Origin: Anaeramoeba ignava BMAN | Lineage: Eukaryota > Protista > Anaeramoebae | Assembly (NCBI GenBank): GCA_028826165.1 | Contig: JAPDFW010000075.1 | Location: 1-64,000 of the forward strand | Length of the DNA stretch: 64,000 nucleotides | Direction: 5' to 3' | In this document: piece after piece, positions 1 through 12,237 of the stretch | How the letters are laid out: every line of letters starts with the position of its first letter | How positions within the stretch are numbered: the stretch's first letter is position 1 | Translations under genes and position numbers: made by a program | Notes under the pieces: model-generated | The model's database searches: none | Seen by the model: the letters and a program-made list of their open reading frames with translations, nothing else | Told to the model about the DNA's origin: nothing

Positions 1-1783
1 TTTTTGGAAGAAATAAAAATCAATTCTTATCAAAAATGAATCAGATAAAATAAAAAAACCAATTCAATTTAAATTTGAAAATAAAAATGAAAATGAAAAT
101 GAAAATGAAAATGAAAATGAAAATGAAAATGAAAATGAAAAACAAATTAAACAAATTTCAACAAGTTATTTTTCAACAATTTTCCTTTTTAAAAATGGAA
201 AAGCAATAGAATATTTAAATAATTCAAAACAAAATCCTCAAAAAATCCAAATTGAAGAAAATATTCAAAAAGTAACTGTTGGTTTTCAAAATGAAGCTAT
301 TTTAACAATAGAAGGAAATGTATTTGCCAAAGGAATGAATATTAATCCAAAAAATCCAAAAGAATTTATCAATATTTCATCATTAATTGAAGATAAAAAT
401 GATAGAATAATTCAAGACATTGTTTCTGGAATTGGTTCAATTTACTTATTAACTTCAAATCAAAATGCTTATGGAATTGGTTTAAATAATTTTGGTCAAC
501 TTGGTTTTGATTCTGAAACACTTTATAAAACAGAAAAACCAATTTTAATGATGAAAAATGTTTCTAAAATATTTTCAGGAAATTATTCAAATCATGTTAT
601 TTTTTTAAATTCAAATCAAGAATTATTTGTATGCGGATATAACAAATATGGCCAACTTGGATTAGGAGAATCAAGAAAAGAAGAAGAAAAAATCCATAAA
701 TTAACTCAAATCCAAAATATTCCAAAAGGTAAAATAATTGATATTCAATATGGATGGGCTCATTCAATAATGTTGATTGAAGATGAAAACCAAAATCCAA
801 AAAGAAAACTTTATTCATGTGGAGATTATGAATATAATGGACTTGGCAAAAATAGAGATACTTATGAATTTACTGAAATAAAATCATCTTTGTTTGAAAA
901 TGATGATGATATTATTCTTGATTTTTCTGTTGGAAATTTTCATACTTTGATTTTAACATCTAAATCAAAATTAATAGGATTTGGAGATAATTTATTTGCT
1001 CAATTAGGAACTGGAGATACAAATAATCAATTAATTCCAATTCAAATTGAACTTCCTAAATTGAGATTTAATGAAAATATTTCTAATTATCATGTTTCTT
1101 GTGGGTATTACAATTCATTTCTTTATTATTCTTCTCTTTCTTTTTCCAATCTTGAAGAAGATTTGATAAAATTATTTGAAAGAAAAGAATTTTGCAATAT
1201 TTCATTTAAAACCGAAAATGGAGAAATAATTGAAGCTCATAAATTAATATTGAAATATAGATTAAATCAAAATGAAAATCAAATTGAAAAACTTCAAGAA
1301 ATTATTTCAAAAAAATCAATTAAAGAATCAAATCAAATATTTGAAATGATTTATTCAAACAAAATAATAAATCCAAAATTATATTTTGAAATTAAAGAAA
1401 TTATAAATTCAAATGAAAAAATTGAAGAAACAATGAAAAGAATTTATTTAAATGAAAATGAAAAAGATTTTATAATTGAAAGAAAAGAAAAACAATATAA
1501 ATTTCCTAAATTAATATTAATAATGAGAAGTGAATTATATCGAGGAATGTTTTTATCTGTTACAGAAGATACTTCTAATAAAGTTAGAGATTATAGTGAA
1601 TTAAGTAATAAATCATTTCAAATATTAGAATATTGGATTTATTCAAATCAAATTAAAGATGAAATTCAAATTACAAAAGAAATAATTGAAGAACTTGAAA
1701 TTGGAATTGATTATTTTCAATTAAATCAAACAAATCCAAATTTAATTGATTTATTAATTAAAAAATTTAATAATCAAAATTAA
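1..1783 (+). CDS. RCC1-repeat propeller + tandem BTB/POZ-like protein, copy 1 (5' end lies just before the window)
   Basis: RCC1 motifs (GLNNFGQLG, GYNKYGQLG, VGNFHTL) followed by BTB-like segments (FCNISFKTENGEIIEAHKLIL; DFIIE...LILIMRSELYRGMF). Paralogous N-terminal sequence runs from base 1. Confidence 0.9.
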
Positions 1784-1975
1784 AATTAAAATTAAAATTA
1801 AAATTAAAATCAAAATTAAAATTAAAATTAAAATTAAAATTAAAATTAAAATTTAAATTAAAATTAAAAATCAAAATTAAAATCAAAATTAAAATTAAAA
1901 TTAAAATTAAAATTAAAATTAAAATTAAAATCAAAATTAAAATTAAAATTAAAATCAAAATTAAAATTAAAATTC
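1781..1975. repeat. (AAAATT)n hexamer spacer after RCC1-BTB copy 1; similar tracts at ~3855-4035, 5914-6027, 15424-15592, 19890-20070, 21876-21945 and 46580-46740
   Basis: Directly visible tandem hexamer with AAAATC variants. Confidence 0.95.
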
Positions 1976-2010
1976 CAAAAAATCATTTTTTCATTTTTTA
2001 CTTTTCAAAA

Positions 2011-3857
2011 ATGAATGAAAGTTTATTTTTTGGTTTAAATATAAAACCAAAACTTTTCAAAAATGAAACAGATAAAATAAAAAAACCAATTCAATTTAAA
2101 TTTGAAAATGAAAATGAAAATGAAAATGAAAATGAAAAACAAATTAAACAAATTTCAACAGGTTACTTTGGAACAATTTTCCTTTTTGAAAATGGAAAAG
2201 CAATAGAATATTTAAATAATTCAAAACAAAAATCTGAAAAAGTCCAAATTGAAGAAAATATTCAAAAAGTAACTGTTGGTGTTGGAAATGAAGCTATTTT
2301 AACAATAGAAGGAAATGTATTTGCCAAAGGAAAAGATATTAATCCAAATAATCCAAATAAATTTATCAATATTTCATCATTAATTGAAGATACAAATGAT
2401 AGAATAATTAAAGATGTTGTTTCTGGAGCTAATTCAGTTTACTTATTAACTTCAAACCAGTATGTTTATGGAATTGGTTCAAATTCTTCTGGTCAACTTG
2501 GTTTAGATTCTGAAGCACTTAAAAAAACAGAAAAACCAATTTTAATAATGGAAAATATTTCCAAAATATTTTCAGGAAATTCTTCATATTCTGTTTTTCT
2601 TTTAAATTTAAATCAAGAATTATTTGGATGCGGAAATAACAATTATGGTCAACTTGGATTAGGGAAAATCAAGAAGAGAAGAAACAAAAATTCATAAATT
2701 AACCAAAATTAAAAATATTCCAAAAGGCAAAATAATTGATATTCAATGTGGAAATTTTCATTCAATAATGATGATCGAAAAATGAAAATCAAAATGAAAA
2801 TCAAAAATGAAGATCAAAAATCAAAATCAAAATCAAAATCAAAATCCAAAAAGAAAACTTTATTCATGTGGATATTATCATTATAATGGACTTGATAAAA
2901 TTCAACATACTGATGAATTTACTGAAATCGAATCATCTTTATTTGAAAATGATGATGATAATATTATTCTTGATATTTCTGTTGGTGAATCTCATACTTT
3001 GGTTTTAACTTCCAATTCAAAACTAATAGTATTTGGAAGTAATGAACATGGTCAATTAGGAAATGGAAATACAAAATATCAATTTATTCCAATTCAAATT
3101 GAACTTCCTAAATTGAGATTTAATGAAAATATTTCTAATTATCATATTTCTTGTGGATATTCAACATCATTTTTTTATTATTCTCCTTCTCTTTCATCTT
3201 CTTTTTCCAATCTTGAAGAAGATTTGATAAAACTATTTAGAAGAAAAGAATTTTGTAATATTTCATTTAAAACAGAAAATGGAGAAATAATCAAAGCTCA
3301 TAAATTAATATTGAAATATAGATTAAATCAAAATGAAAATCAAATTGAAAAACTTCAAGAAATTATTTCAAAAAAATCAATTAAAGAATCTAATCAAATA
3401 TTTGAAATGATTTATTCAAACAAAATAATAAATCCAAAAGTTATATTTAGAAATTAAAGAAATTATAAATTCAAATGAAAAAATTGAAGAAACAATGAAA
3501 AGAATTTATTTAAATGAAAATGAAAATGAAAATGAAAAAGATTTTATAATTGAAAGAAAAGAAAAACAATATAAATTTCCAAAATTAATATTAATAATGA
3601 GAAGTGAATTATATCGAGGAATGTTTTTATCTGTTACTGAAGATACTTCTAATAAAGTTACAGATTATAGTGAATTAAGTAATAAATCATTTCAAATATT
3701 TGAATATTGGATTTATTCAAATCAAATTAAAGATGGAATTCAAATTACAAAAGAAATAATTGATGAATTAGAAACAGGAATTGATTATTTTCAATTAAAT
3801 CAAACAAATCCAAATTTATTTGATTTATTAATTAACAAATTTAATAATCAAAATTAA
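2011..3857 (+). CDS. RCC1-BTB protein, copy 2 (broken by frameshifts near 2665, 2780 and 3440; error or pseudogene)
   Basis: ORFs 2011-2697, 2807-3457 and 3495-3857 are colinear with intact copies 7 and 8. Confidence 0.85.
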
Positions 3858-4078
3858 AATTAAAATTAAAATCAAAATTAAAATTATAATCAAAATTAAA
3901 ATTAAAATTAAAATTAAAATTAAAATCAAAATCAAAATTAAAATTAAAATTAAAATTAAAATTAAAATTAAAATTTATAATTAAAATCAAAATTAAAATC
4001 AAATTAAAATCAAAATCAAAATTAAAATCAAAATTCCAAAATTATTTTTTTCATTTTTTCATTTTTTTCTTTTCAAAA

Positions 4079-5916
4079 ATGAATGATTGTTTATTTTTTG
4101 GTTTAAATGATTATCCAAAACTTATCAAAAATGAAACAGATAAAATAACAAAATCAATTCAATTTAAATTTGAAAATGAAAATGAAAATGAAAATGAAAA
4201 ACAAATTAAACAAATTTCAACAGGTTTCTTTTCAACAATTTTCCTTTTTAAAAATGGAAAAGCAATAGAATATTCAAGATATTCAAAACAAAATCCTTCA
4301 AAAATTCAAATTAAAAATATTCAAAAAGTAGCTGTTGGTTATCAAAATGAAGCTATTTTAACAATAGAAGGAAATGTATTTGCAAAAGGATATAATATTA
4401 ATCCAAAAAATTCAAAAGAATTTATCAATATTTCATCATTAATTGAAGATATAAATGATAGAATAATTCAAGATATTGTTTCTGGAATTGGTTCAATTTA
4501 CTTATTAACTTCAAATCAAAATGCTTATGGAATTGGTTCAAATGAATATGGTCAACTTGGTTGTGATTCTGAAACACTAAAAAAAACAGAAAAACCAATT
4601 TTAATGATGAAAAATGTTTCTAAAATATTTTCAGGAAATACTTCAAATCATGTTTTTATTTTAAATTCAAATCAAGAATTATTTGTATCTGGAAACAACA
4701 ATTATGGCCAACTTGGATTAGGAGAATCAAGAAGAAAAGAAACAAAAATCCAAGAATTAACCAAAATCCAAAATATTCCAAAAGGCAAAATAATTGATAT
4801 TCAATCTGGATTTTATCATTCAATAATGTTGATTGAAAATCAAAATGAATATGAAAATCAAAATAAAAATCAAAATCAAAATCAAAATGATCAAAATCAA
4901 AATCAAAATGAAGATCAAAATCAAAAATCCAAAAAGAAAACTTTTATTCATGTGGAGATTATCAATGGAATGGACTTGGCAAAAATAGAGATACAAATGA
5001 ATTTAGTGAAATCAAATCATCTTTATTTGAAAATGATAATATTATTGATTTTTCTGTTGGAAATTTTCATACTTTGATTTTAACTTCCAAATCAAAATTA
5101 ATAGTATTTGGATATAATGAATATGGTCAATTAGGAACTGGAGATAGAGATAATCAATCAATTCCAATTCAAATTGAAATTCCTAAATTAAGATTTAATG
5201 AAAATATTTCTAATTATCATATTTCTTGTGGATATTTCAATTCATTTCTTTATTATTCTTCTCCTTCTTTTTCTAATCTTGAAGAAGATTTGATAAAATT
5301 ATTTAGAAGAAAAGAATTTTGTAATATTTCATTTAAAACAGAAAATGGAGAAATAATTGAAGCTCATAAATTAATATTGAAATATAGATTAAATCAAAAT
5401 CAAAACCAAAATCAAAAACTTCAAGAAATTATTTCAAAAAAATCAATTAAAGAATCAAATCAAATATTTGAAATGATTTATTCAAACAAAATAATAAATC
5501 CAAAATTATATTCTGAAATTAAAGAAATTATAAATTCAAATGAAAAAATTGAAGAAACAATGAAAAGAATTTATTTAAATGAAAATGAAAATGAAAATGA
5601 AAAAGATTTTATAATTGAAAGAAAAGAAAAACAATATAAATTTCCAAAATTAATATTAATAATGAGAAGTGAATTATATCGAGGAATGTTTTTATCTGTT
5701 ACAGAAGATACTTCAAATAAAGTTACAGATTATAGTGAATTAAGTAATAAATCATTTCAAATATTTGAATATTGGATTTATTCAAATCAAATTAAAGATG
5801 AAATTCAAATTACACAAGAAATAATTGATGAAATCAAAATTGGAATTGATTATTTTCAATTAAATCAAACAAATCCAAATTTAATTGATTTATTAATTAA
5901 CAAATTTAATAATTAA
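4079..5916 (+). CDS. RCC1-BTB protein, copy 3 (frameshift near 4925-4945)
   Basis: ORFs 4079-5077 and 5074-5916 are colinear with the intact paralogues. The shift lies in A/T homopolymers. Confidence 0.88.
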
Positions 5917-6339
5917 AATTAAAATTAAAATTAAAATTAAAATTAAAATTAAAATTAAAATCAAAATTAAAATTAAAATCAAAATTAAAATTAAAATTAA
6001 AATCAAAATTAAAATCAAAATCAAAATCCACTTTTTTCTTTTTCTTTTTTCTTTTTTCTTTTTTCTTTTTCCTTTTTTTTTCCTTTTTTTTTTCTTTTCA
6101 TTTTTTCCTTTTTTCATTTTTTTTTTAATTTTTTTTTTAATTTTTTAAATGGAAAATCAAGTTAAAATTTTTTCAAATTTAACAAATAAAAACGAAAAAT
6201 TCGCAAAAAAATATCTTCGTCGTTTTAATTGGAATCTTGAAGTAAAAAAAATAATTATAATAACTATTATAATAATAAAAAAATTCACTTTCCAAAAAAG
6301 TTTGCAATAGAATATTTTTTCCAAAATGGAGGAGAAGAA

Positions 6340-6942
6340 ATGAAAGAGGAAAAAAAAGAAAATCAACCAAAAGATAAGAACTTATTTGAAGCAATTATGA
6401 AAAATGACATGAAAACAATCCAAGATAAAATCACAAACAATTATGAAGAAATAGTGAATTATAAAGAAGAAGATGGATCAAACCTTCTTCATCAAGCAAC
6501 ACAAAATTCAAAATTGGATATGATTCGATTACTTATAGAAAGTGGAATAAAAATTAATTCACAAAATAAAAAAGGGAAATCACCTTTGCACATTGCTGTT
6601 GCAGGAAACATGTATGATGTTATCGAACTATTTATTGAGAACAAAGCAGATATCGATATCCAAGATAAGAGTGGCTGTACACCTTTATTTATTGCTGTTG
6701 AATTTGGTTTTTATAAAATTGCTGAATTATTGTTGAAAAATAACGCAAATTTTCATCTCTTTTCAAAAAAATTGCTTCCCATTCATCTTGCTGCAAGAAA
6801 TAACAATTCTTCCTTGGTTGAATTGCTACTCAATCACGGTGCAGATCCAAATACAATTTCCCAAGAAGGAAAAACTGCTTATCATTATACTCATTCAATT
6901 TTTGTTCAGAAAATTCTGCGATCCAAAAATGAATCCACTTAA
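6340..6942 (+). CDS. Ankyrin-repeat protein (possibly the 5' part of the following ankyrin-pseudokinase gene)
   Basis: About 5 ankyrin repeats: GKSPLHIAV, GCTPLFIAV, LPIHLAA, GKTAYH. Confidence 0.85.
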   Translation: MKEEKKENQPKDKNLFEAIMKNDMKTIQDKITNNYEEIVNYKEEDGSNLLHQATQNSKLDMIRLLIESGIKINSQNKKGKSPLHIAVAGNMYDVIELFIENKADIDIQDKSGCTPLFIAVEFGFYKIAELLLKNNANFHLFSKKLLPIHLAARNNNSSLVELLLNHGADPNTISQEGKTAYHYTHSIFVQKILRSKNEST

Positions 6943-8807
6943 TTTTCCAAATTATCATTTATTAAAAGATATAGAAATTATAAATGAAGATATAAGTTTT
7001 CTGAGTTCAATCATTTCCTCGAAATTCTCAGGCTTAGATCTAGATAAAATTGGAGTAAAAACAAATACATTCATTTTTAAACTGAATTTTTTTAAACTGA
7101 ATTTTTTTAAACTGAATTTTATAAAAATAGAAATTTTTCCGTTTAGCTTTATCAAATAGATATTTGGGGCAAATCAAATCAATTCTACAAAAATTCCATT
7201 TCCAAAATTACAGAGATCAATATGAAAATTCCCTATTATATTATGCTATTCTTGAGAATAATAATCTACTTGTCAAACTTATACTGGAAAATGGAGGAAA
7301 TCCAAATATAATTGGAGCAGAAAATAAATCGCCTCTTCATATCGCAGCAGAATTAGGAAACGTTCCCGCTATACTTCTTCTTTTAAAATACGACGCAAAT
7401 TTATCAGCAAAAGACTCGGAAAAAAGAAAACCGATTGATTGCGCTCGAAATCAAGTTTCCAATTTTATTCTCAGTCATTTTCAACAGAAAATCATTTTAA
7501 AAACAAGAAAAAAATCAAACAAAGATATCTTCAATGATTTAGTTTCCGAATTTAGTATTTTTATAAATTGCTGGATTGATATGAACAAGATCCAAGTTCT
7601 TCACCAAATCGGAAAAGGAATAAACGGAAAGAGCTATCTTGGAAAATGGGAATCAAAAGACGTTGTAATCAAAATTGTGGAGGATTTGAGCCAGCCAAAT
7701 CTCGCATTGGAACAAAAATATTACAACGAACAAATGGAAAAGAATGTCAAAATTAGGCAAAAATCCAACGTTGAAGAAAATATCAATAGCTTCTTTGATT
7801 CAAAAAGAAATTTTTCAGGAAAACATTTTTTTGGCACTTTTTACGGATATTTTATTGATCACGAAGAAAATGGAAAAGCGCATTTTGTCGCAATTAGAAA
7901 ATATTATCCTCAAGGAAGTATTCGCGATTGGATGGACAGAATGCAAGCTCAAAACACCAAGTTCGACAGGACAACCTTGCTCAACATCCTCCAAAAAACC
8001 GCCGCAGCAATTTCCTTATTGCATTCAGAAAAGGATCTATTACTTCTCACTTTGAAACCTGAAAATGTCATGCTAACTTCAAAATCAAGTCAATTCAAAA
8101 TTGTTGACATGTTTATGCTTCCCAAAGAACCGTTTACAAAGGGATTTCCCCACATAATGAGCATCCATTTCCACCAGGGCTCAGACGTGCATTCCTTTGG
8201 TCTTTTTGTCTGGGAATTAATGACCTTCAAACAACCTTATAAAAACATTAACGACCCAAATGGTTCAAAATACAATAACGACGAAATGATCCAAATTTTC
8301 GAAAAATCCATTTCTTGCTATTCCTCTCTTCTTCAGTTCGTCATCAGAAAGTTTTTCTATGTTTGTTTTATTAATGGATCCACTCGCGATATGGAATATA
8401 TTTCTGAGCTTTTGGCTATGCTCGAAACTCAATTCTTAAGTGTTTCTGAAAATGAAAATGTTAACGTTAATGTTTCTCAAAAAACAAAAAACGTTCAAAT
8501 GATCCAATCAAAAGAAACTGCCATTTCTTTAATTGCGAAGGAAATGATCCAAAAACTCCAAACATTTGAAAATCAACGTTTTTCCATCAACCAAATCGAA
8601 ATGATTCTGAAGGAATTTTTCTTCAAAAGTGATTTTTGTTTTCCTTCAAAATTTGAAAGAGATGAAGATCAGATATTTTTATCAATTCAATCAATTTTAG
8701 AAACTCTTCATTGGTTACCTACAGCTTATAAATTTGATTCTTCAGTGAAAAATGTAGACATTTCAAATTTGATTGAAGCTTTTAAAGCTTCTCTTGATTT
8801 GGATTAA
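6929..8807 (+). CDS. Ankyrin + TKL-like pseudokinase (5' structure unresolved; candidate intron 7055-7159)
   Basis: Ankyrin motifs NSLLYYA and KSPLHIAA. Kinase G-loop IGKGINGKSYLGKW and VVIK are present; the catalytic loop reads LLLTLKPEN (no HRD), DMF replaces DFG, and SDVHSFG follows. Confidence 0.75.
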
Positions 8808-8841
8808 AATTTAATTGATTACTTAATAAAAAAAATTTTTT

Positions 8842-8879
8842 TTCATTTTTTTCATTTTTCATTTTTTTCATTTTTTAAA
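8842..8879 (+). promoter_or_regulatory. Reiterated TCATTTTT initiator-like motif before AAAATG (one example of a window-wide motif)
   Basis: The same motif, in gene orientation, precedes most starts on both strands. Confidence 0.55.
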
Positions 8880-9251
8880 ATGTCTAAAATTAAATTATAT
8901 TCATCAGATTCATTTAGTGATGAAAAAGAGAAAAGTAAAAGTGATTCAGAAGATTCAAGTGAAATTGAATCTGATTCTGGAGAAGAAATTGAAGGTCAAT
9001 GTGAATTATGTGGAACAACAACTGAAAAAATTACAATTCATCATTTAATACCAAAATTAATTATAAAAAGAATGAAAAGAAGAAAAAAAAAAGTAGTTCC
9101 AATTTTTGCTAAAATTTGTCGCAAATGTCATTCTACTCTTCATGATACTTTTGATCATAAAACTTTAGCAACTCGTTTTTCTTCTATTGAAGAAATTCGG
9201 AATTGTGAAGAATTAAAAAGTTATCTTGAATGGAAATCAAAAAGAAAATAA
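8880..9251 (+). CDS. Small HNH-family (YisB-like) Zn-binding protein with an acidic N-terminal tail
   Basis: CELCG...TIHHLIPK...ICRKCHSTLH followed by LATRFSSIEEI...YLEWK. Confidence 0.8.
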   Translation: MSKIKLYSSDSFSDEKEKSKSDSEDSSEIESDSGEEIEGQCELCGTTTEKITIHHLIPKLIIKRMKRRKKKVVPIFAKICRKCHSTLHDTFDHKTLATRFSSIEEIRNCEELKSYLEWKSKRK

Positions 9252-9322
9252 TTCTTATCATTTTAAACGAATTAATTTTTTTTTTAAATCAACAAAAATA
9301 AAAATTATCAAAAAATAAAAAT

Positions 9323-11794
9323 TTATTTGAAATCTTTTGAAATTAATTCTATTATTGAATTTGGATTTAATTGATAAAAATCTTGTAAATCATTCATTTC
9401 TTCTTTCATTTTTAAATTAATTCTTTTTTCTTCATTAAATTCATCATGATAAAGAAAATAAATAAATTGCTTTATTGTTTCAAATGATTTTTCTGAATAA
9501 TTATGAACCTGATTTGATGAATCTGAAACATTTAATTGGAACATCCCTTTAAATAATTCACTTCTTGCTAATAAAATTAATTTGTGCACTTTAATTTCTT
9601 TTTCTTCAACAATTATTTTGAAATCCTTTGTTGATTCTTGTTGAAATAATTGGTGTAAATCTTTCAATAATCCTTTTCTTCCCTTTTTTAATTCAATCCA
9701 ATTTGAATCAAATCCAATTTCTTTGAAAAATTCTTCAATTATCTCTTTTTCTTTCTTTTCTTCATATCTGAGAGCTTTTGAAAATGGATCATTGTGATCT
9801 CCAAAGTAAAAAAAATCAGAATCAGGAATATTTTGATGGAATGTTTGATAAAGCTTTTCCAAATCAACAAATCCTGTATAAAGGAAATTTAAAGCTGATT
9901 CAACATATTCTTTTGATTTTTGAAAACAAATACCGATCAATTTTTGCACAATAGAATCATCATTATTCAATCTGGATAGAAGAATTAATTTGTGAACATG
10001 AAATTTGAAAGAATCATTGGATTGAATTGTTAAATCTGAAAAATTTTCATTTGAATGTAATAATTGATTCATATCTTGATTAATTGAATAAATTTGAGAG
10101 AATAAATGGAGAAATTCTTTATTCAATTGGTATTTTTTTAAAAGAAACACATTAGCATCATTCATCAATAAAATTTTGATAAATTCAACAAAGCTATTTT
10201 TGCAAGCATAATTCAAAGCTGTATCACTAGTATTAGACATTGTATTAATATTAATTCCTTTTGAAATCAAGTATTTAACAATTTCAAGTGTATTTTCATT
10301 TTCATTTAAACAAGAATAATGCAAAGCTGTTTCATTATTATTTGTTTTTGCATTAATATCAATTCCTTTTGAAATTAAGTATTTAACAATTTCAAGTTTA
10401 TTTTGGTTTTGATTTTTCAAAAGGAAATATGAATATTTTTCACTTGGAATTTGGCAAATCAAGTGCAAAGCTGTTTCGTTATTATTGGTTTTTGTATTAA
10501 TATTAATTCCTTTTGAAATCAAGTATTTAACAATTTCAAGTGTATTTTGATTTTCATTTAAACAAGCACAATGCAAAGCTGTTTCATTATTATTTGAAAT
10601 TGCATTAATATCAATTCCTTTTGAAATCAAGTATTTAACAATTTCAAGTGCATTTTGATTTTGATTTTGATTTTGATTTTGATTTTGATTTTGAATTTGA
10701 TTTTGATTATTTAGATTTTGTGATTCACAAACAATATGCAAAGCTGTCTTGTCTTGATTTGTTTTTGCATTAATATCAACTCCTTTTGAAACTAAATATT
10801 CCATAATTTCTAAAGAATTTGAATTTGGATATTGACAAATTTCATGTAAAATTGTTTGATTGTTGTCTGTTTTTGCATTAATATCAACTCCTTTTGAAAC
10901 TAAATATTTGATAATTTCTAAAGAATTTGGATTTGGATTTCGACAAATTTCATGTAAAATTGTTTGATTGTTGTCTGTTTTTGCATTAATATCAGCTCCT
11001 TTTGAAACTAAATATTTGATAATTTCTAAAGAATTTGAATCTGGATTTTCACAAGCATAATACAAAGGAGTTTCATTTGAATTGGTTTTGACATGAATAT
11101 CAGCTCCTTTTAAAATCAAATACTTGACAATTTGAAGAGAATTTAAATTTGGAGTCTCACAAGCATAATGCAAAGCAGTTTTATTATAGTCTGTTTTTTC
11201 ATTAACATCAATCCCTTTTGAAACTAAGAATTCAATAACCTCATACGAATTTGGTGATTTATTTTCACAAACATAATGCAAAGCAGTTTTATTATAGTCT
11301 GTTTTTTCATTAACATCAAATCCTTTTGAAATTAGTAATTCAATAATCTCAATCAAATTTTCATTTTGATGTTCGCAAATAAAATGCAAAGCTGATTTGT
11401 TTTTGTAATTTGATTTTGCTTTGATATCGATTCCCTTGGAAATTAAATATTTAATCATTGCAAATGAACTATATTTGCAAGCAAAATGAAAAGCTGTTTG
11501 ATTGTGATTTGTTTTAGCATTAATATCATTAACTTTTGAAATTAGTAAATCAATTATTTCCATTTCGGAATTGTTCATAATAGCTAAATGTAACGCATTT
11601 CTTCCCAAATTATCAAATGAATTTATATTTATTCCTTTTCTAATTAAAAACTCAATAATTTCTTTTGAAACTTTTTTTTCTATTGCAAAGTTTAAAATAG
11701 GTTTTGCATTTTGTTTTAAATCTGTTTTTGTATTGAAATTAACTTCTTTTAATAATTGAATATTATTTTTTTCAATAATTTTCCAAATATCCAT
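9323..11794 (-). CDS. Ankyrin-repeat (~15 repeats of ~35 aa) + tandem BTB protein
   Basis: Repeated TALH...EIVKYLISKGIDINAKT. C-terminal FSDLTI...FHVHKLILLSR and KDFKII...IKVHKLILLARSELFKGMF. Confidence 0.92.
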   Translation of the reverse strand: MDIWKIIEKNNIQLLKEVNFNTKTDLKQNAKPILNFAIEKKVSKEIIEFLIRKGININSFDNLGRNALHLAIMNNSEMEIIDLLISKVNDINAKTNHNQTAFHFACKYSSFAMIKYLISKGIDIKAKSNYKNKSALHFICEHQNENLIEIIELLISKGFDVNEKTDYNKTALHYVCENKSPNSYEVIEFLVSKGIDVNEKTDYNKTALHYACETPNLNSLQIVKYLILKGADIHVKTNSNETPLYYACENPDSNSLEIIKYLVSKGADINAKTDNNQTILHEICRNPNPNSLEIIKYLVSKGVDINAKTDNNQTILHEICQYPNSNSLEIMEYLVSKGVDINAKTNQDKTALHIVCESQNLNNQNQIQNQNQNQNQNQNQNALEIVKYLISKGIDINAISNNNETALHCACLNENQNTLEIVKYLISKGININTKTNNNETALHLICQIPSEKYSYFLLKNQNQNKLEIVKYLISKGIDINAKTNNNETALHYSCLNENENTLEIVKYLISKGININTMSNTSDTALNYACKNSFVEFIKILLMNDANVFLLKKYQLNKEFLHLFSQIYSINQDMNQLLHSNENFSDLTIQSNDSFKFHVHKLILLSRLNNDDSIVQKLIGICFQKSKEYVESALNFLYTGFVDLEKLYQTFHQNIPDSDFFYFGDHNDPFSKALRYEEKKEKEIIEEFFKEIGFDSNWIELKKGRKGLLKDLHQLFQQESTKDFKIIVEEKEIKVHKLILLARSELFKGMFQLNVSDSSNQVHNYSEKSFETIKQFIYFLYHDEFNEEKRINLKMKEEMNDLQDFYQLNPNSIIELISKDFK

Positions 11795-12237
11795 TTTATA
11801 AATTTTTTTCTCTTTTTTTAAAATTGAAAAGAAAAAAATGAAAAAAATATTAATTAAAATTAAAAAAAAGTTCCAAATTTAAGAAAAAAGCAAAAAAAAA
11901 ATAAAATATTTTTTTCTTTATTAATTGATCATTTTTTAATTTTAATTATTTAATTTTAAAAATGAGTAGAGTAAGTAAAATTAAATTTTTAATTTTATTT
12001 TATTTTATTTTTCCAATTCAATTTTATTTTATTTTTTATTAATTCAAAATAGAAAATGATAAAAAGAGTATTTAAAATATTATTTCATTTTTCTTTTAAT
12101 TTCCTCATTTTTTGATCATTTTTATTTTTATTTTTTAATTAATTTCCAATCATAAAAAATGTCTAAGAAAGTAAAATTAACATTTTTCATTTTTCATTTT
12201 TCATTTTTTTCATTTTTTTCATTTTTATATTTTTTAA

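Noticed and set aside
1767-1958. ILILIL/FNFNFN ORFs here and at 5893, 34025, 34047, 35155-35817, 47191-49432 and 60383-60635
   Set aside because: Translations of microsatellites or antisense frames of low-complexity coding regions; no independent coding signal.
8880-9251. HNH as a homing endonuclease or mobile element
   Set aside because: Free-standing gene with the normal host leader motif; no surrounding intron, terminal repeats or target duplication.
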